A stretch of 63,495 bases of DNA, filler included, from Chiloscyllium plagiosum (lineage: Eukaryota): NCBI RefSeq assembly GCF_004010195.1. It is 5 parts of one record of this genome, joined end to end, with 100 filler letters (N's around TTAATTAATTAA, not from the genome) between each part and the next. Parts side by side here need not be neighbours in the genome. Positions count along the whole stretch, not along the records: positions 1 to 13,534 come from NC_057717.1; 4 more parts are not named here. The stretch is one strand, 5' to 3'. The notes under the pieces are model-generated. The model was not told the DNA's origin. It saw nothing but the letters and a program-made list of their open reading frames with translations, and did not search any database. Positions 1 to 11,418 of this stretch are shown here, one piece after another. Each line of letters starts with the position of its first letter. The first letter of the stretch is position 1. The position numbers were made by a program, and so were the translations under genes.

Positions 1-1205
1 CGTCCAGGTAGATAACATCCATCGACTCTCGTTCGTCCAACCTTCCCGTTACTTCCTCAAAGAATTCCAGAAGAGTTTTCGGGCAGGACCTCCCTTGATG
101 ACTTTGCTGACTTTGCCCTATTTTACAATGCACTTCCGAGTACTTGGAAATTTCATCCTTCACAATGGATACCAGGACCTTACCCAACACCAAAGTTAGG
201 CTCATCAGTCTGTAATTTTCTTTTTACTTTTTAAACAGGGGTGTTACAATGGTGATTTTCCAGTCCTCAGGGATACTTTCTGATTCTAACGTATCCTGAA
301 AGATCACCACTAATGCCTCCACTATTTCTTCAGCTATCTCCCTTAGATGTCTGGGGTGTAGTCCGTCTGGTCCAAGTGATTTATCCACCTTCAGGCCATT
401 CAGGTTCTCTAAAATTGTCTCCTTGGTGATGGTCACCATACTCAGCTCTGCCCCCTCACTCTCTTGAATGTTTTGGGATATTCCTCATGTATTCCACAGT
501 GAAGCCTGACACAAAGTAATTGGTCGGTTCCTCAGCCATTTCATTGTTCCCCACCACTACTTCTCCAGTGTCCTTTTCCAGTGACCCAATATCCACTTTT
601 GCCTCTCTTTTGCCCTTTACATATCGAAAGAAACTCTTACAGTCTTCCTTTATATTACTGGCTAACTTACACTACTATTTAATCTTCTCCCTCCCCTTAT
701 TTCTTTTATTGTTGCCCTCTTTTGGTCTTTGTAAGCTTCCCAATCCTCTGGTTTCCCACTGCCCTTCACCACATTCTGTGCTTTCTCTTTTGCTTTTCTG
801 CAATCCCTGACTTCCCAACTCAGGTATTTTTGTCTCATCCTCCCTGGACCATGCTTCTTTTTCCTCGGGATGAATCTCTGTTGTGTCTCCTGAAATACTC
901 CCAGAAACGCCTGCCATTGCTATTCCACTGTCCTGTCAGGCACCTCTCCCAGTCAATTCAACCCAGCTCCTCCCTCATGACTCTGTCATTGCTTTTATTG
1001 AGCTGTAATACCGTTCCTTCTGATTCTCCCTTCTCCTCTCAAATTGCAGATTAAATTCAATCGTATGATGATCACTGCCTCATCAGGTTCCTTCACCTTA
1101 AGTTCCCTGATTAAGTCTATCTCATTGAACAACACTAAATCCAGTATTGGCTGCTCCCTCATGAGCTCCACCACAAGCTGCTCCAAAAAGCCATCTTGTG
1201 GACAT

Positions 1206-1413
1206 CTTTTTGCACATTCTCCCCGTGTCTGCGTGGCTTTCCTCCCACAGTCCAAAGATGTGCAGGTCAGGTGGATTGGCCATGCTAAATTGCCCATAGT
1301 GTTAGATGCATTAGTCAGATGGAAATGGGCCTGGGAGTGTTACTCTTCGGAGGGTCAGTGTGGACTGGTTGGGCCGAAGGGCCTGTTTCCACACTGTAGG
1401 GAATCATAATCTA
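1206..1413 (+). mobile_element. 5'-truncated HE1/V-SINE inserted in the CR1
   Basis: V-SINE core tttgcacattctccccgtgtctgcgtgg...gtccaaagatgtgcagg and tail gggccgaagggcctgtttccacactgta; flanked by GACAT at 1201-1205 and 1414-1418 (TSD). Confidence 0.85.
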
Positions 1414-2169
1414 GACATTTCACACATTCCTTTCCTTGCAATACACTACCAACCTGATTTTCCCAGTCCGCCTGCGTATTGACATCCCCATGATCACTGT
1501 AACTTTACCTTTCCTCCACATCTTTTCTCTATCCTGGTGTATCTTGTGCCCCAGCTCCTGACTGCTATTTGGAGGCCTGTACATAACACCAACAATGGTT
1601 CTAACCACCCAAATTCTATACCATCTGACCCTCCTTCATTTCTTGCTGTTGATTGAATTTCATTTCTGACTAATAAAGCAAACCCACCCCGTCTGCCCAC
1701 GTACTTATCTTTTCCGGATCCCCGTGTAGCCATTGTCTACGTGATGCCCACCACGTCATACCTGCTCATTTTAATCTGCGCCACAAGCTCATTTACCTTT
1801 TTCCTGATACTGCGTGCATTCAGATGGAACACCTTCAGCCCTGTATTAATCTTCCCCTTTTCATTATCATTTGTTTGTCCAGTGTTTTTGAAGTTTGAAT
1901 GCTAATCCTTTCTATAAGCACTGCCTTATTTGTACCTGTCTTGGAGATTTTTATAACTTCTCCAGAGATCTCTGTTTTTATCTCCTCCTGGGTTTCCTAA
2001 TTTCCTCTCAAAAATAACCCCCCCTTCCCTACTTAGTTTAAATCCCTGTCTACAGCCCTAGTTAAGCGATTTGCTTGGACTCTAGTCCAGCATGGTTCAG
2101 ATGAAGACCATCCCATCAGAACAGGTCCCTTCTTCCCAGGTACTGGTGCAAATTTCCCATGAATTCAAA

Positions 2170-2311
2170 ATTAAAATTCACACAACACCAGGTTATAATG
2201 GAAAAGGTTTGTTTGGAAGCAATAGCTTTTAAAGCGCTGCTCCTTCATCAGGTGCTTCATGTTGTGTCACGTTTAACTTTGTCCACCCCAGTCCAAATCT
2301 GGCACCTCCAA
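2170..2311. mobile_element. Short PLE-derived element, family A, with a mutated hammerhead core
   Basis: Same sequence family as 9028-9247. 12-bp TSD CATGAATTCAAA at 2158-2169 and 2312-2323. Minus strand reads CTGATGA-aggagcagcgcttt-AAAA (GAAA mutated). Confidence 0.8.
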
Positions 2312-2402
2312 CATGAATTCAAACCATTTGTCCCACACCAATCTTTCAGCCAAGCATTTAATGCTTAATCTTACTGAACCCTGTGCCAATTATCTTGTGA
2401 CA

Positions 2403-4490
2403 TAGCCTATTCCGTCTCAGCCTATAGCTTAAACTCTCCAACCCTGACAGCACACTTGTAAATCATTTCTGAACTCTTTGAAATTTCACAACATCCTTCC
2501 GATAGGATGGAGAGCAGAACTGCACGCAATATTTCAAAAGTGGCCTAATCAATGTTCTCCATAGCCACAACATGACCTCCCAACTCCTGTACACGATACT
2601 CTGACCAAATGCCTTCTTCTCTATCCTATCTACCTTCGACTCTACTTTCAAAGAACTATGAACCTGCACTCCAAGGTCTCTTTGTTCAGCAACACTCCCA
2701 AGGACAAAACCATTAAGTGGATAAGTCCTGCTCTGATTTAATTTTTCAAAATGCAGCACCTCACATTTATCTAAATTAAATTCCAACTGCCACTCCTCAG
2801 TCCATTGGCCCATCTGATCAAGATCCTGTTGTAACCTGAGGTAAGGTTCTTCGCTGTCCACTACACCTCCAATTTCGGTGTCATCTGCAAACTTACTAAC
2901 TATAACCCCTATATTTACATCCAAATCATTTATATAAATGTCGAAAAGTAGTGGACCCAGCACCGATCCTTGTGGCACTCCACTGGCCACGAACGTCCAG
3001 TCTGAAAAGCAACCGTCCACCACCACAACCCTCTGTTTTTACCTTCGAGCCAGTTCTGTGTCAAAATGGCTAGCTCTACCTGTATTCCATGACATCTAAT
3101 CTTGCTAAACATGAGGAAACTTATCAAACGCCTTACTAAAGTCCATATAGATCACGTGTACTGTCCTACCATGATCAATCCTCTTTGTTACTTCTTCAAA
3201 AAACTAAATTAATTTTGTGAGACATCAGTCCTAGCCTTTCAAGACACATGTTCATCCTGTCCCTCAGGATTCCCTCCAACAACTTGTCCACCACCGATGT
3301 CAGGCTCACTGGACTATAGTTCCCTGTCTCTTCCTTACTACCTTTCTTAAATACTGGCACCACATTAGCCACCCTCCAGTCTTCTTGCACCTCACCTGTG
3401 ACTATCGATGATACAAATATCTCAATAAGAGGCCCAGCAATCACTTCCCGAGCTTCGCACAGAGCCTTAGGGTACACCTGATCAGTCCTGGGGATTTATC
3501 CACTTTTATTTATTTTAAGACATCGAACACCTCCTCCTCTTTATTTTGAACATTTTCATGATGTCATCTTCCATGTGTTACGACATGATGAGAAACCCTT
3601 CTGCTAATTAAACCAAACACGCAGAAAATCAGCTCATAATCTGATCAAGTATGACGGACAGAGAAGTACACAAATTCAACTATTTAAAGAAGAAACATAA
3701 ATTTTATTATTTCACTCTAAAAGTGACCATTAAACGACTGTTTACAGCCACAGCTTCCTTTCTCTTAAAGCGTTTTATCTACCTCCCACTCTATAACAAT
3801 ATACTGATCCAATAAGTGCCCCGATTAAAATTAGAGCAACGTACCTTTCAAAACCAGACTGTGTCTGTCGTCTCCAGTGTTGGTCTTCCATTTGTAGATC
3901 TCCCTGGATCATCTTCAGCCTTCTGCTGCAAAGATGTTTCATATGAAAAAGGTACCTTTCATCGTGAATGTTGTGAATAGTAATCTTTCAATGGTAGTTG
4001 GTGCTCTCTCTCTCTCTCTGGCTAACTGTCCAATGGCTGATTTTTGTACCCGAAACGTCAGATCATCTAATTGATTGGATGTTGTCAGAACATGGGTTGG
4101 TACCTGGGACTTCGATGTTGTGGCTATTACGGAGACATGGCTAGAACAGGGATCATCTTGGGGCATACTTTAACCTGATTGGTTAAATTCCAACTGCTGT
4201 GAAAACAACTGAGGTATCTACCTTACAACCAAATGTTATACCTTTCAATTTTCCAGAACATTCTGCGAATGCTAGTCAGTTACATGACAGGTGCGTGGAA
4301 GCTTTCAGCTTTCGCTGTCTCTTTAAGGTATAGTGCACACCTTCAACTTCATAACACATGCCCTTCTCCACAGGAAACACTGATGCAAAATACTCATTTA
4401 GTATCTCCCCATCTCCTGTGGTTCCACACACAGGCTGCCTTGTTGATCTTTGAGGGGCCCTATTTTCTCTCTAGTTACCCTTTTGACCTC
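2403..4490 (-). mobile_element. Decayed CR1-type LINE RT region, interrupted by a solo LTR
   Basis: ORF 2463-3026 has RT motifs [14 protein letters not shown] and KFADDT; ORF 3196-3477 has EDWRVANVVPVFKKG. LINE-like sequence resumes at 4357. Confidence 0.9.
3576..4356 (-). mobile_element. Solo LTR (LTR retrotransposon or ERV)
   Basis: Starts TGTTA and ends TAACA (inverted termini). 4-bp TSD CATG at 3572-3575 and 4357-4360. AATAAA on the minus strand near 3703-3708. Cleanly interrupts a CR1. Confidence 0.8.
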
Positions 4491-4859
4491 AGCTGGGCCC
4501 CACAGGGTGCAGCCTGGTGAACAGGCCTTTGAAAACAACTGAGGTATCTACCTTACAACCAAATGTTATACCTTTCAATTTTCCAGAACATTCTGCGAAT
4601 GCTAGTCAGTTACATGATAGGTGCGTGGAAGCTTTCAGCTTTCGCTGTCTCTTAAAGGTATAGTGCACACTTCAACTTCATAACACATGCCCTTCTCCAC
4701 AGGAAACACTGATGCAAAATACTCATTTAGTATCTCCCCATCTCCTGTGGTTCCACATACAGGCTGCCTTGTTGATCTTTGAGGGGCCCTACTTTCTCTC
4801 TAGTTACCCTTTTGACCTCAGCTGGGCCCCACAGGGTGCAGCCTGGTGAACAGGCCTTA
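4201..4859. repeat. ~330-bp direct tandem duplication (4201-4530 / 4531-4859)
   Basis: Both copies start gaaaacaactgaggtatc and end ggtgaacaggcctt, with a handful of differences. Confidence 0.95.
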
Positions 4860-5820
4860 GGCCTCAGGCCCGTGCTCCCCCTCTGGAGGTTGTTCTTATC
4901 CAAGGCTTTCCTGGCCCCAGTCATTTTGGATCTTCACTTTGCAGCTTTCCCAACAAAAGTTCCTGGGCATAAAAGAGGAAAACGATGAGTTGAAAGGGGG
5001 GAATGAAAGCACTTTGATGCAAACTTTCACAGCAGGATCCTAGGTTTAAAAGCACTCCTCCTTCCTCATCCCCATCTCCATCCTCAATGCATTTCATAAC
5101 ATCACAGCAACATCAAAATACCAACAAATCAGAAGACAGCAATTAACCAGAGGCTGGAAACTTGAATAAACACAGAGAAACACAATCTCTCACACACACA
5201 CAGTCACACACTCTCAACCAGATAGGCGAGAGATAGAAAACAGGATTTGAGAATGAATCTGACAATTTCTTATCCACATTTATGCTCGGTGAGGGGTTTG
5301 TGGACTCCTCCCCTGCATCTCTGACACATTGCAACATCTGTCAGTCTGCTCCCGAAGGAGGTCTCTGAATCATTGGTCCCACAGTCGTGTCTCAGAGGCT
5401 GATTGAAGACACCCTGACACACACAGGGCTGGGAAGGGAGGGGGTATTTGCTGAGGATCTCTCGGGAACTTCCTGCTGGACATGTGGTTCCCAGAATCAA
5501 ATGCTCTTTCGCTGTCCCAATCTGTCTGACTGTCTGTCTGTCTCTCTCTCTCCCTCTATCTCTCTCTCTCCTGAGGGATAGGATCTATTTATATTTAGAA
5601 AANNNNNNNNNNNNNNNNNNNNNNNNNNNNNNNNNNNNNNNNNNNNNNNNNNNNNNNNNNNNNNNNNNNNNNNNNNNNNNNNNNNNNNNNNNNNNNNNNN
5701 NNNNNNNNNNNNNNNNNNNNNNNNNNNNNNNNNNNNNNNNNNNNNNNNNNNNNNNNNNNNNNNNNNNNNNNNNNNNNNNNNNNNNNNNNNNNNNNNNNNN
5801 NNNNNNNNNNNNNNNNNNNN

Positions 5821-7040
5821 GTGATCAAGTTGATAGATGAATGAAGGGCTGTTGATGTCATATATATGGACTTTAGTAAGGCGTTTGATAAGATTCCCGA
5901 TGGTAGACTAATGGAGAAAGTGAAGTCACATGGTGTGCAGTGTGTTCTAGCGAGGTGGATAAAGAACTGGTTGAGCAATAGGAGACAGAGAGTAGTAGTT
6001 GAAGGGAGTTTCTCAAACTGGAGAAAGGTGACCAGTGGTGTTCCACAGGGGTCAGTATTGGGTTCACTATTGTTTGTAATATGCATAAATGATCTAGAAG
6101 AGGGCACTGTTTTTATTATCGGCAAGTTTGCAGATGACACAAAGATTGGTAGAGTAGCAGAAATCATAAGGGACTGACAGATAATGCAGGAGGATATAGA
6201 TAGACTGGAGAGTTGGGTGGAAAAGTGGCGGATGTATTTTAATCCAGACAAATGTGAGGTGATGCATTTAGGCAAGACTAATTCTAGAACGAATTAAACA
6301 ATGAACGGAAGAGCCTTGGGAAAAGTTGATGGGCAGCGAGATCTGGGTGTGCAGGTCCATTGTACCCTGAAGGTTGCTGCACAGGTGGTTAGAGTGGTCA
6401 AGAAGGCATATAGTATGCTTGCCTTCATTGGACGGGGTATTGAGTATAAGAGCTGACAAGTCATATTAAAATTGTAAAGGACATTGGTTCGGCCACATTT
6501 AGAATACTGTGTACAGTTCTGGTCACCACATTCCCAAAATGATGTGGACGCTTTGGAGAGCGTGCAGAGAAGGTTTATGTGGATGTTGCCTGGTATGGAA
6601 GGTTCTAGCTATGAAGAGCAGTTGAGTAGGTTAAGTTTATTTTCATTAGAAAAAGGTAGATTGAGGGGGGGACCTGATTGAGGTTTACAAAATCATGAAG
6701 GGTATAGACAGGGTGGATAGAGATAAGCTTTTTTCCAGAGTGAATCATTCAATAACGAGAGGTCACACTTTCAAGATGTGAGTTGGAAAGTTTAAGGGGG
6801 ATACACGTGGCAAGTACTTCACACAGAGGGTGGTGGACGTTTGGAATGGGTTGCCAGCAAAGGTGGTAGAGACAGGCACGGTAGGTACATTTAAGATGTG
6901 TCTGGACAGATGCATGAGTAGGTGGGGAGCAGATGGATACAGATACATAGGAATTGGGCGACAGGTTTAGACAGTACATTTGGATTGGCTCATGCTTGGA
7001 GGGCCAAAGGGACTGTTCCTGGGCTGTAAATTTCTTTGTT
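5821..7040 (+). mobile_element. Decayed CR1-type LINE, RT domain to 3' end
   Basis: [11 protein letters not shown]...[10 protein letters not shown]...KFADDTKIG (5866-6177) and VRPHLEYCVQFWSP (6484-6681). Confidence 0.92.
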
Positions 7041-8270
7041 CGTTGTCTCTCGCTGTCCCTGTGTTTCTCTGTCTCTGTCTCTCCTTGCCCTGCTCGACAT
7101 GCAGCCATTTCTAACTTAACTTTCAATCTCTTATTTCCATTCCCCTTCTCAAATATATCAGCAGCGATTGGGAATGAAAACATTGATCACATGCCTACTC
7201 TTCAATATCCACATTTCCCCTCCGCCCCCCCCGCCCACAACCCCACCCACCCGACCCCAAACTGTCCTCAGTATAGGACTGTGTTTTTGTTATGGGGACT
7301 GTGCACAGGTTTTGTCAGGGGAGAGAGTCAGTGAGGGTCTGAGCTCAACTATCATCACATAAGTGCCTTTGTGTGTGTGTGAGAGAGAGAGAGAGAGAGG
7401 CAGAGAGAGAAAGATCATGCCTGGTATGTATGTGTCTATCTGAGTGCACACTTTCAGTGTCAATGCAGTCACTCCTTAATGTAACTGTGTGTAAACCATG
7501 TGTTTATGTACCTGACCCAGGTATGATTCACAAACCATACACCATCCCTCACTCTCATTCACTCGCGCTCTCACACGTGGGAGCAGATGGATACAGATCC
7601 TTAGGAATTGACCGACAGGTTAAGACAGTACATTTGGATTGGCTCAGGCTTGGAGGGCCGAAGGGCCTGTTCCTGGGCTGTAAATTTTCTTTGTTCGTTG
7701 TCTCTCGCTGTCCCTGTGTTTCTCTGTCTCTTTCTGTCTCTCCTTGCCCTGCTCGACATGCAGCCTTTTCTAGCTTAACTTTCAATCTCTTATTTCCTTT
7801 CCCCTTCTCAAATATATCAGCAGCGATTGGGAATGAAAAGCATTGATCACATGCCTACTCTTCAATATCCACATTTCCCCTCCCGAACCCCCACCCCCCT
7901 CACTCAACCCCACAATCCCACCCACCCGACACCAAATTATCCCCAGTACAGGACTGTGGTTTTATGGGGACCGTGCACAGGTTTTGTCAGGGGAGAGAGT
8001 CAGTGAGGGTTTGAGTTCAATTATCATCACATAAGTGCCTTTGTGTGTGTGTGAGAGATAGAGGGGGAGAGAGAGACACACAGAGAGAGAGACAGAGAGA
8101 GAAAGATCATGCCTGGTATGTATGTGTCCATCTGAGTGCAGTTTCAGTGTCAATGCAGTCACTCCTTAATGTGACTATGTGTAAACCATGTGTTTATGTA
8201 CCTGACCCAGAAATGATTCACAAACCATACACCGTCCCTCACTCTCATTCACTCTCTCTCTCTCTCACGT
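6921..8270. repeat. ~660-690-bp tandem duplication (about 6921-7576 / 7577-8270)
   Basis: Both copies begin gtgg(g)gagcagatggatacaga and share cctgctcgacatgcagcc, gggagagagtcagtgagggt and cacaaaccatacacc. Confidence 0.9.
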
Positions 8271-9027
8271 GTACACACACACACATCCTCGCATACCACA
8301 TTCAGTTCTTCACGCGCACTCTCTCTCACAGGTACACTCCCTCTCACAGGCACAACCTCTCTCTCAGGCATTCTCTCTCGCAGGCACACCCTCTGACATA
8401 CAATATGCATGTGCACACTCTTCCTTTCACATGCACACACTCCCTCTTAGATGCACATACTCTCTCTCTCGCATGCATTCTCTCACACACACGTACACAT
8501 TCTCTCTTTTGTGTATGCGCTCGTTCTCTCTTGCACATTCTATCTCTCACACACATTCTTTCACGCATGCATGTACTTCATCTTTCCCATATGCAATCTC
8601 TTTCTCTTGCACCCACTCTCTTTTGCACACGCTATCTCTCTCACATGGACACGATGCATACTCTCTCTCTCGCATACACGCACACACTTCCTCTTGCGTT
8701 TGCACACTCTTTCCCTCTTGTGTTCGCCCACTGTCTCTCTTGGATTTGTGCACATTCTCACATTTGCGGAAACTCTCTCTCTCACATTGATGTAAACTCT
8801 CTGTCTTGCATTTGCACACACTTTCTCTCGCTGTTGCATTTGCACACTCTCTCTTGCATTTGCACACTGTCTTTCTCACATTTGCTTACACTCTCTCATG
8901 CACACTCTCTCTTGTATGCACACTCTCTATCGCAGGCACACCCTCTCTCGGAGGTACACTGACATACAATGTGCACACTTCCCCTCACGTGCACACACAC
9001 TCTCTTGCACGCACACTCTTTCTTACA

Positions 9028-9247
9028 AAGTTAAAAATCACACAACACCAGGTTATAGTCCAACAGGTTTAATTGGAAGCACACTAGCTTTCGGAGCGAC
9101 GCTCCTTCACCAGACACAATCACCTGATGAAGGAGCGTCGCTCCGAAAGCTAGTGTGCTTCCAATTAAACCTGTTGGACTATTACCTGGTGTTCTGTGAT
9201 TTTTAACTTTGTACACCCCAATCCAACACCCGCATCTCCGAATCATG
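9028..9247. mobile_element. Palindromic PLE-derived element, family A
   Basis: Near-perfect inverted repeat 9024-9213 (~90-bp arms) plus a one-sided extension. 13-bp TSD ACTCTTTCTTACA at 9015-9027 and 9248-9260. Confidence 0.9.
9121..9155 (+). ncRNA. Minimal type-I hammerhead ribozyme motif (PLE-type), intact core
   Basis: CAC-CUGAUGA-A-GGAGC(GUC)GCUCC-GAAA-GC-UA-GUG: full core, 5-bp stem II, stem I CAC/GUG, palindromic AGCU at stem III. Predicted cut after 9152. Confidence 0.75.
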
Positions 9248-10285
9248 ACTCTTTCTTACATGCACATACTCTCTCTTTCACGCACATTCTGTCTTGCACA
9301 CGTACACATTTCTCTTTTGCGCATGCTCACCTTCTCTCTCGCACACTCACTCTCACATGCACACAGTCACCATCTCACACACATTCTCTCTTTTTTCTGT
9401 ATGCTCACATTCTTTCTTGCACACGCACTCTATCGCTCACACGTGCACGCTCTGTCTCGCATGCACGCACTTCCTTTCTCTCGCATGCAATCTCTCTCTT
9501 TCATGTATCCACTTTGTTTTGCATTCACTATCTCTCTCTCACACACCCGCTAACTCTTTTGCATGTGCACACACTCATTCTCTCTCGTGCACTCAGACAC
9601 TCCTTCCCTTGTGCATGCGTGCACTCTGCTTCTCTTGCACAGGGACACCCTCTCTTACAAGGACATGCTCGCTTTCTCTCACATGCACAGGCTATTGCAT
9701 GCACGCACACTCTTTCTCTCGCATGTGCATACTCTCGCTCTTGTTCGCACAAACTCTCTTTCACCCACACGCAGTCTCTTTCTCTCATGCAGGCACACAC
9801 ACTCTCTCTCTTTCTCACATGCTCTCTTTCTCACACATTCTCTTGCATGCTTTCTTTCTCGCGCACTTTCTCGAAGACACACTCCCTTGTTTGCACCCAG
9901 ACAACTTTTCTGACACTGCATACGCACTCTCTCTCTCTTGAATGCACACTCTTGCTTTCATACATACACTGTCTTTTGCAAATGCGCAGAATGTCTCGCT
10001 CATGTACACAGTCTTCCCCTTGTACGCATGCATACTCTCTATCGCATATACACACACTTCCTTTCGCATTCACGCACACTCTCTCTCTCATGCATTTGCA
10101 CACTCTCACATTCGCGTAAACTCTCTCTCTCTCCCATTGACAAAAACTCTCTCTCTCGTGTGTTCGCACACACTTTCTGTCTCTCTTGCATTTGCACATC
10201 CTCTCTCTCTTGCATTTGCACATACTCTTTCTCGCGTTCGCATGCACTCTCTCTTTCACATTTTAGTACTGTATAAAACAGTGTA

Positions 10286-10620
10286 CTAGTCTGAGATGGG
10301 GATTTCGATAGGAGGTTCCTGTATTACCTGCCTCCCTCTCCTACCTTTCCTGGAGGTCACCCATCTCGCTGACTGCATCTTTGGTTTATCTCCCTCTCTG
10401 CAACTGCCATCCATCACACCCCATAGCTCATGCAAATTCTTCATTGCCTCTAACGGTCGCTTCAACCTACAAAGGCAATCTGACAGCATTTGCAACAAGA
10501 CATACTTTGTAGAAACATCATTACCAGTACCATGGAAACTATCCCTAATCTCCCACGTTCGACAAGAAGAGGACATCACTTTCCCAAAGGTCATCACTGC
10601 ACTTTAACAATCCACCCACC
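10286..10620 (-). mobile_element. CR1 LINE ORF1 N-terminal fragment (degenerate zinc-finger/leucine-zipper region)
   Basis: ORF 10286-10597 reads SSCRTWEIR...RLKRPLEAMKNL...RWVTSRKGRRGRQVIQEPPIEIPIS, resembling recalled CR1 ORF1 sequences. Confidence 0.65.
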
Positions 10621-11418
10621 GAAAAAATAGCATAGTCTTACTGCTCAAAAACACTGCCCTCGGATAAATTGGTATCTGTGATTTATATTTTTTTAAAAAT
10701 TAATCAAGAGAGATCTCAAGAAAGCATATGTACAAAAGCCCCATTCAATTCATGATTGTAGATTTAAAAAGAGGTGTAAGGAAGGATTTTTCAAACAAAG
10801 TAAACAGTTCCCCTGCTGTAAGTTTTCTCCACAGCTGTGAATTTCACTGTTTGTTTTTCTGAGACTGAACTCCATATTCAGAGCTTGAAACCAAACAGCA
10901 CAGGCTTTCAGCTGTGAGNNNNNNNNNNNNNNNNNNNNNNNNNNNNNNNNNNNNNNNNNNNNNNNNNNNNNNNNNNNNNNNNNNNNNNNNNNNNNNNNNN
11001 NNNNNNNNNNNNNNNNNNNNNNNNNNNNNNNNNNNNNNNNNNNNNNNNNNNNNNNNNNNNNNNNNNNNNNNNNNNNNNNNNNNNNNNNNNNNNNNNNNNN
11101 NNNNNNNNNNNNNNNNNNNNNNNNNNNNNNNNNNNNNNNNNNNNNNNNNNNNNNNNNNNNNNNNNNNNNNNNNNNNNNNNNNNNNNNNNNNNNNNNNNNN
11201 NNNNNNNNNNNNNNNNNNNNNNNNNNNNNNNNNNNNNNNNNNNNNNNNNNNNNNNNNNNNNNNNNNNNNNNNNNNNNNNNNNNNNNNNNNNNNNNNNNNN
11301 NNNNNNNNNNNNNNNNNNNNNNNNNNNNNNNNNNNNNNNNNNNNNNNNNNNNNNNNNNNNNNNNNNNNNNNNNNNNNNNNNNNNNNNNNNNNNNNNNNNN
11401 NNNNNNNNNNNNNNNNNN

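Larger units (their letters stand above)
1..2400 (-). mobile_element. Decayed CR1-type LINE (end of ORF1 esterase-like region plus ORF2 endonuclease to start of RT)
   Basis: Minus-strand fragments KSLGPDGLHPR...IPEDWKITIVTPLFKK (224-439), GVMYRPPNS (1420-1608), ILDLVLFNE. The 2030-2400 region reads like the ORF1 C-terminus (DGLHLN motif). Many stops and frameshifts. Confidence 0.9.
8270..10260. repeat. Degenerate (CA)/(TC)/TGCA low-complexity tract
   Basis: Recurrent gcacac/tctctc/tgcat words; explains the His/Thr/Leu/Ser-rich spurious ORFs. Confidence 0.9.

Noticed and set aside
8045..10289. Many overlapping 100-300-aa His/Thr/Leu/Ser-rich ORFs
   Set aside because: Stop-poor low-complexity (CA/TC) sequence with no domain signal.
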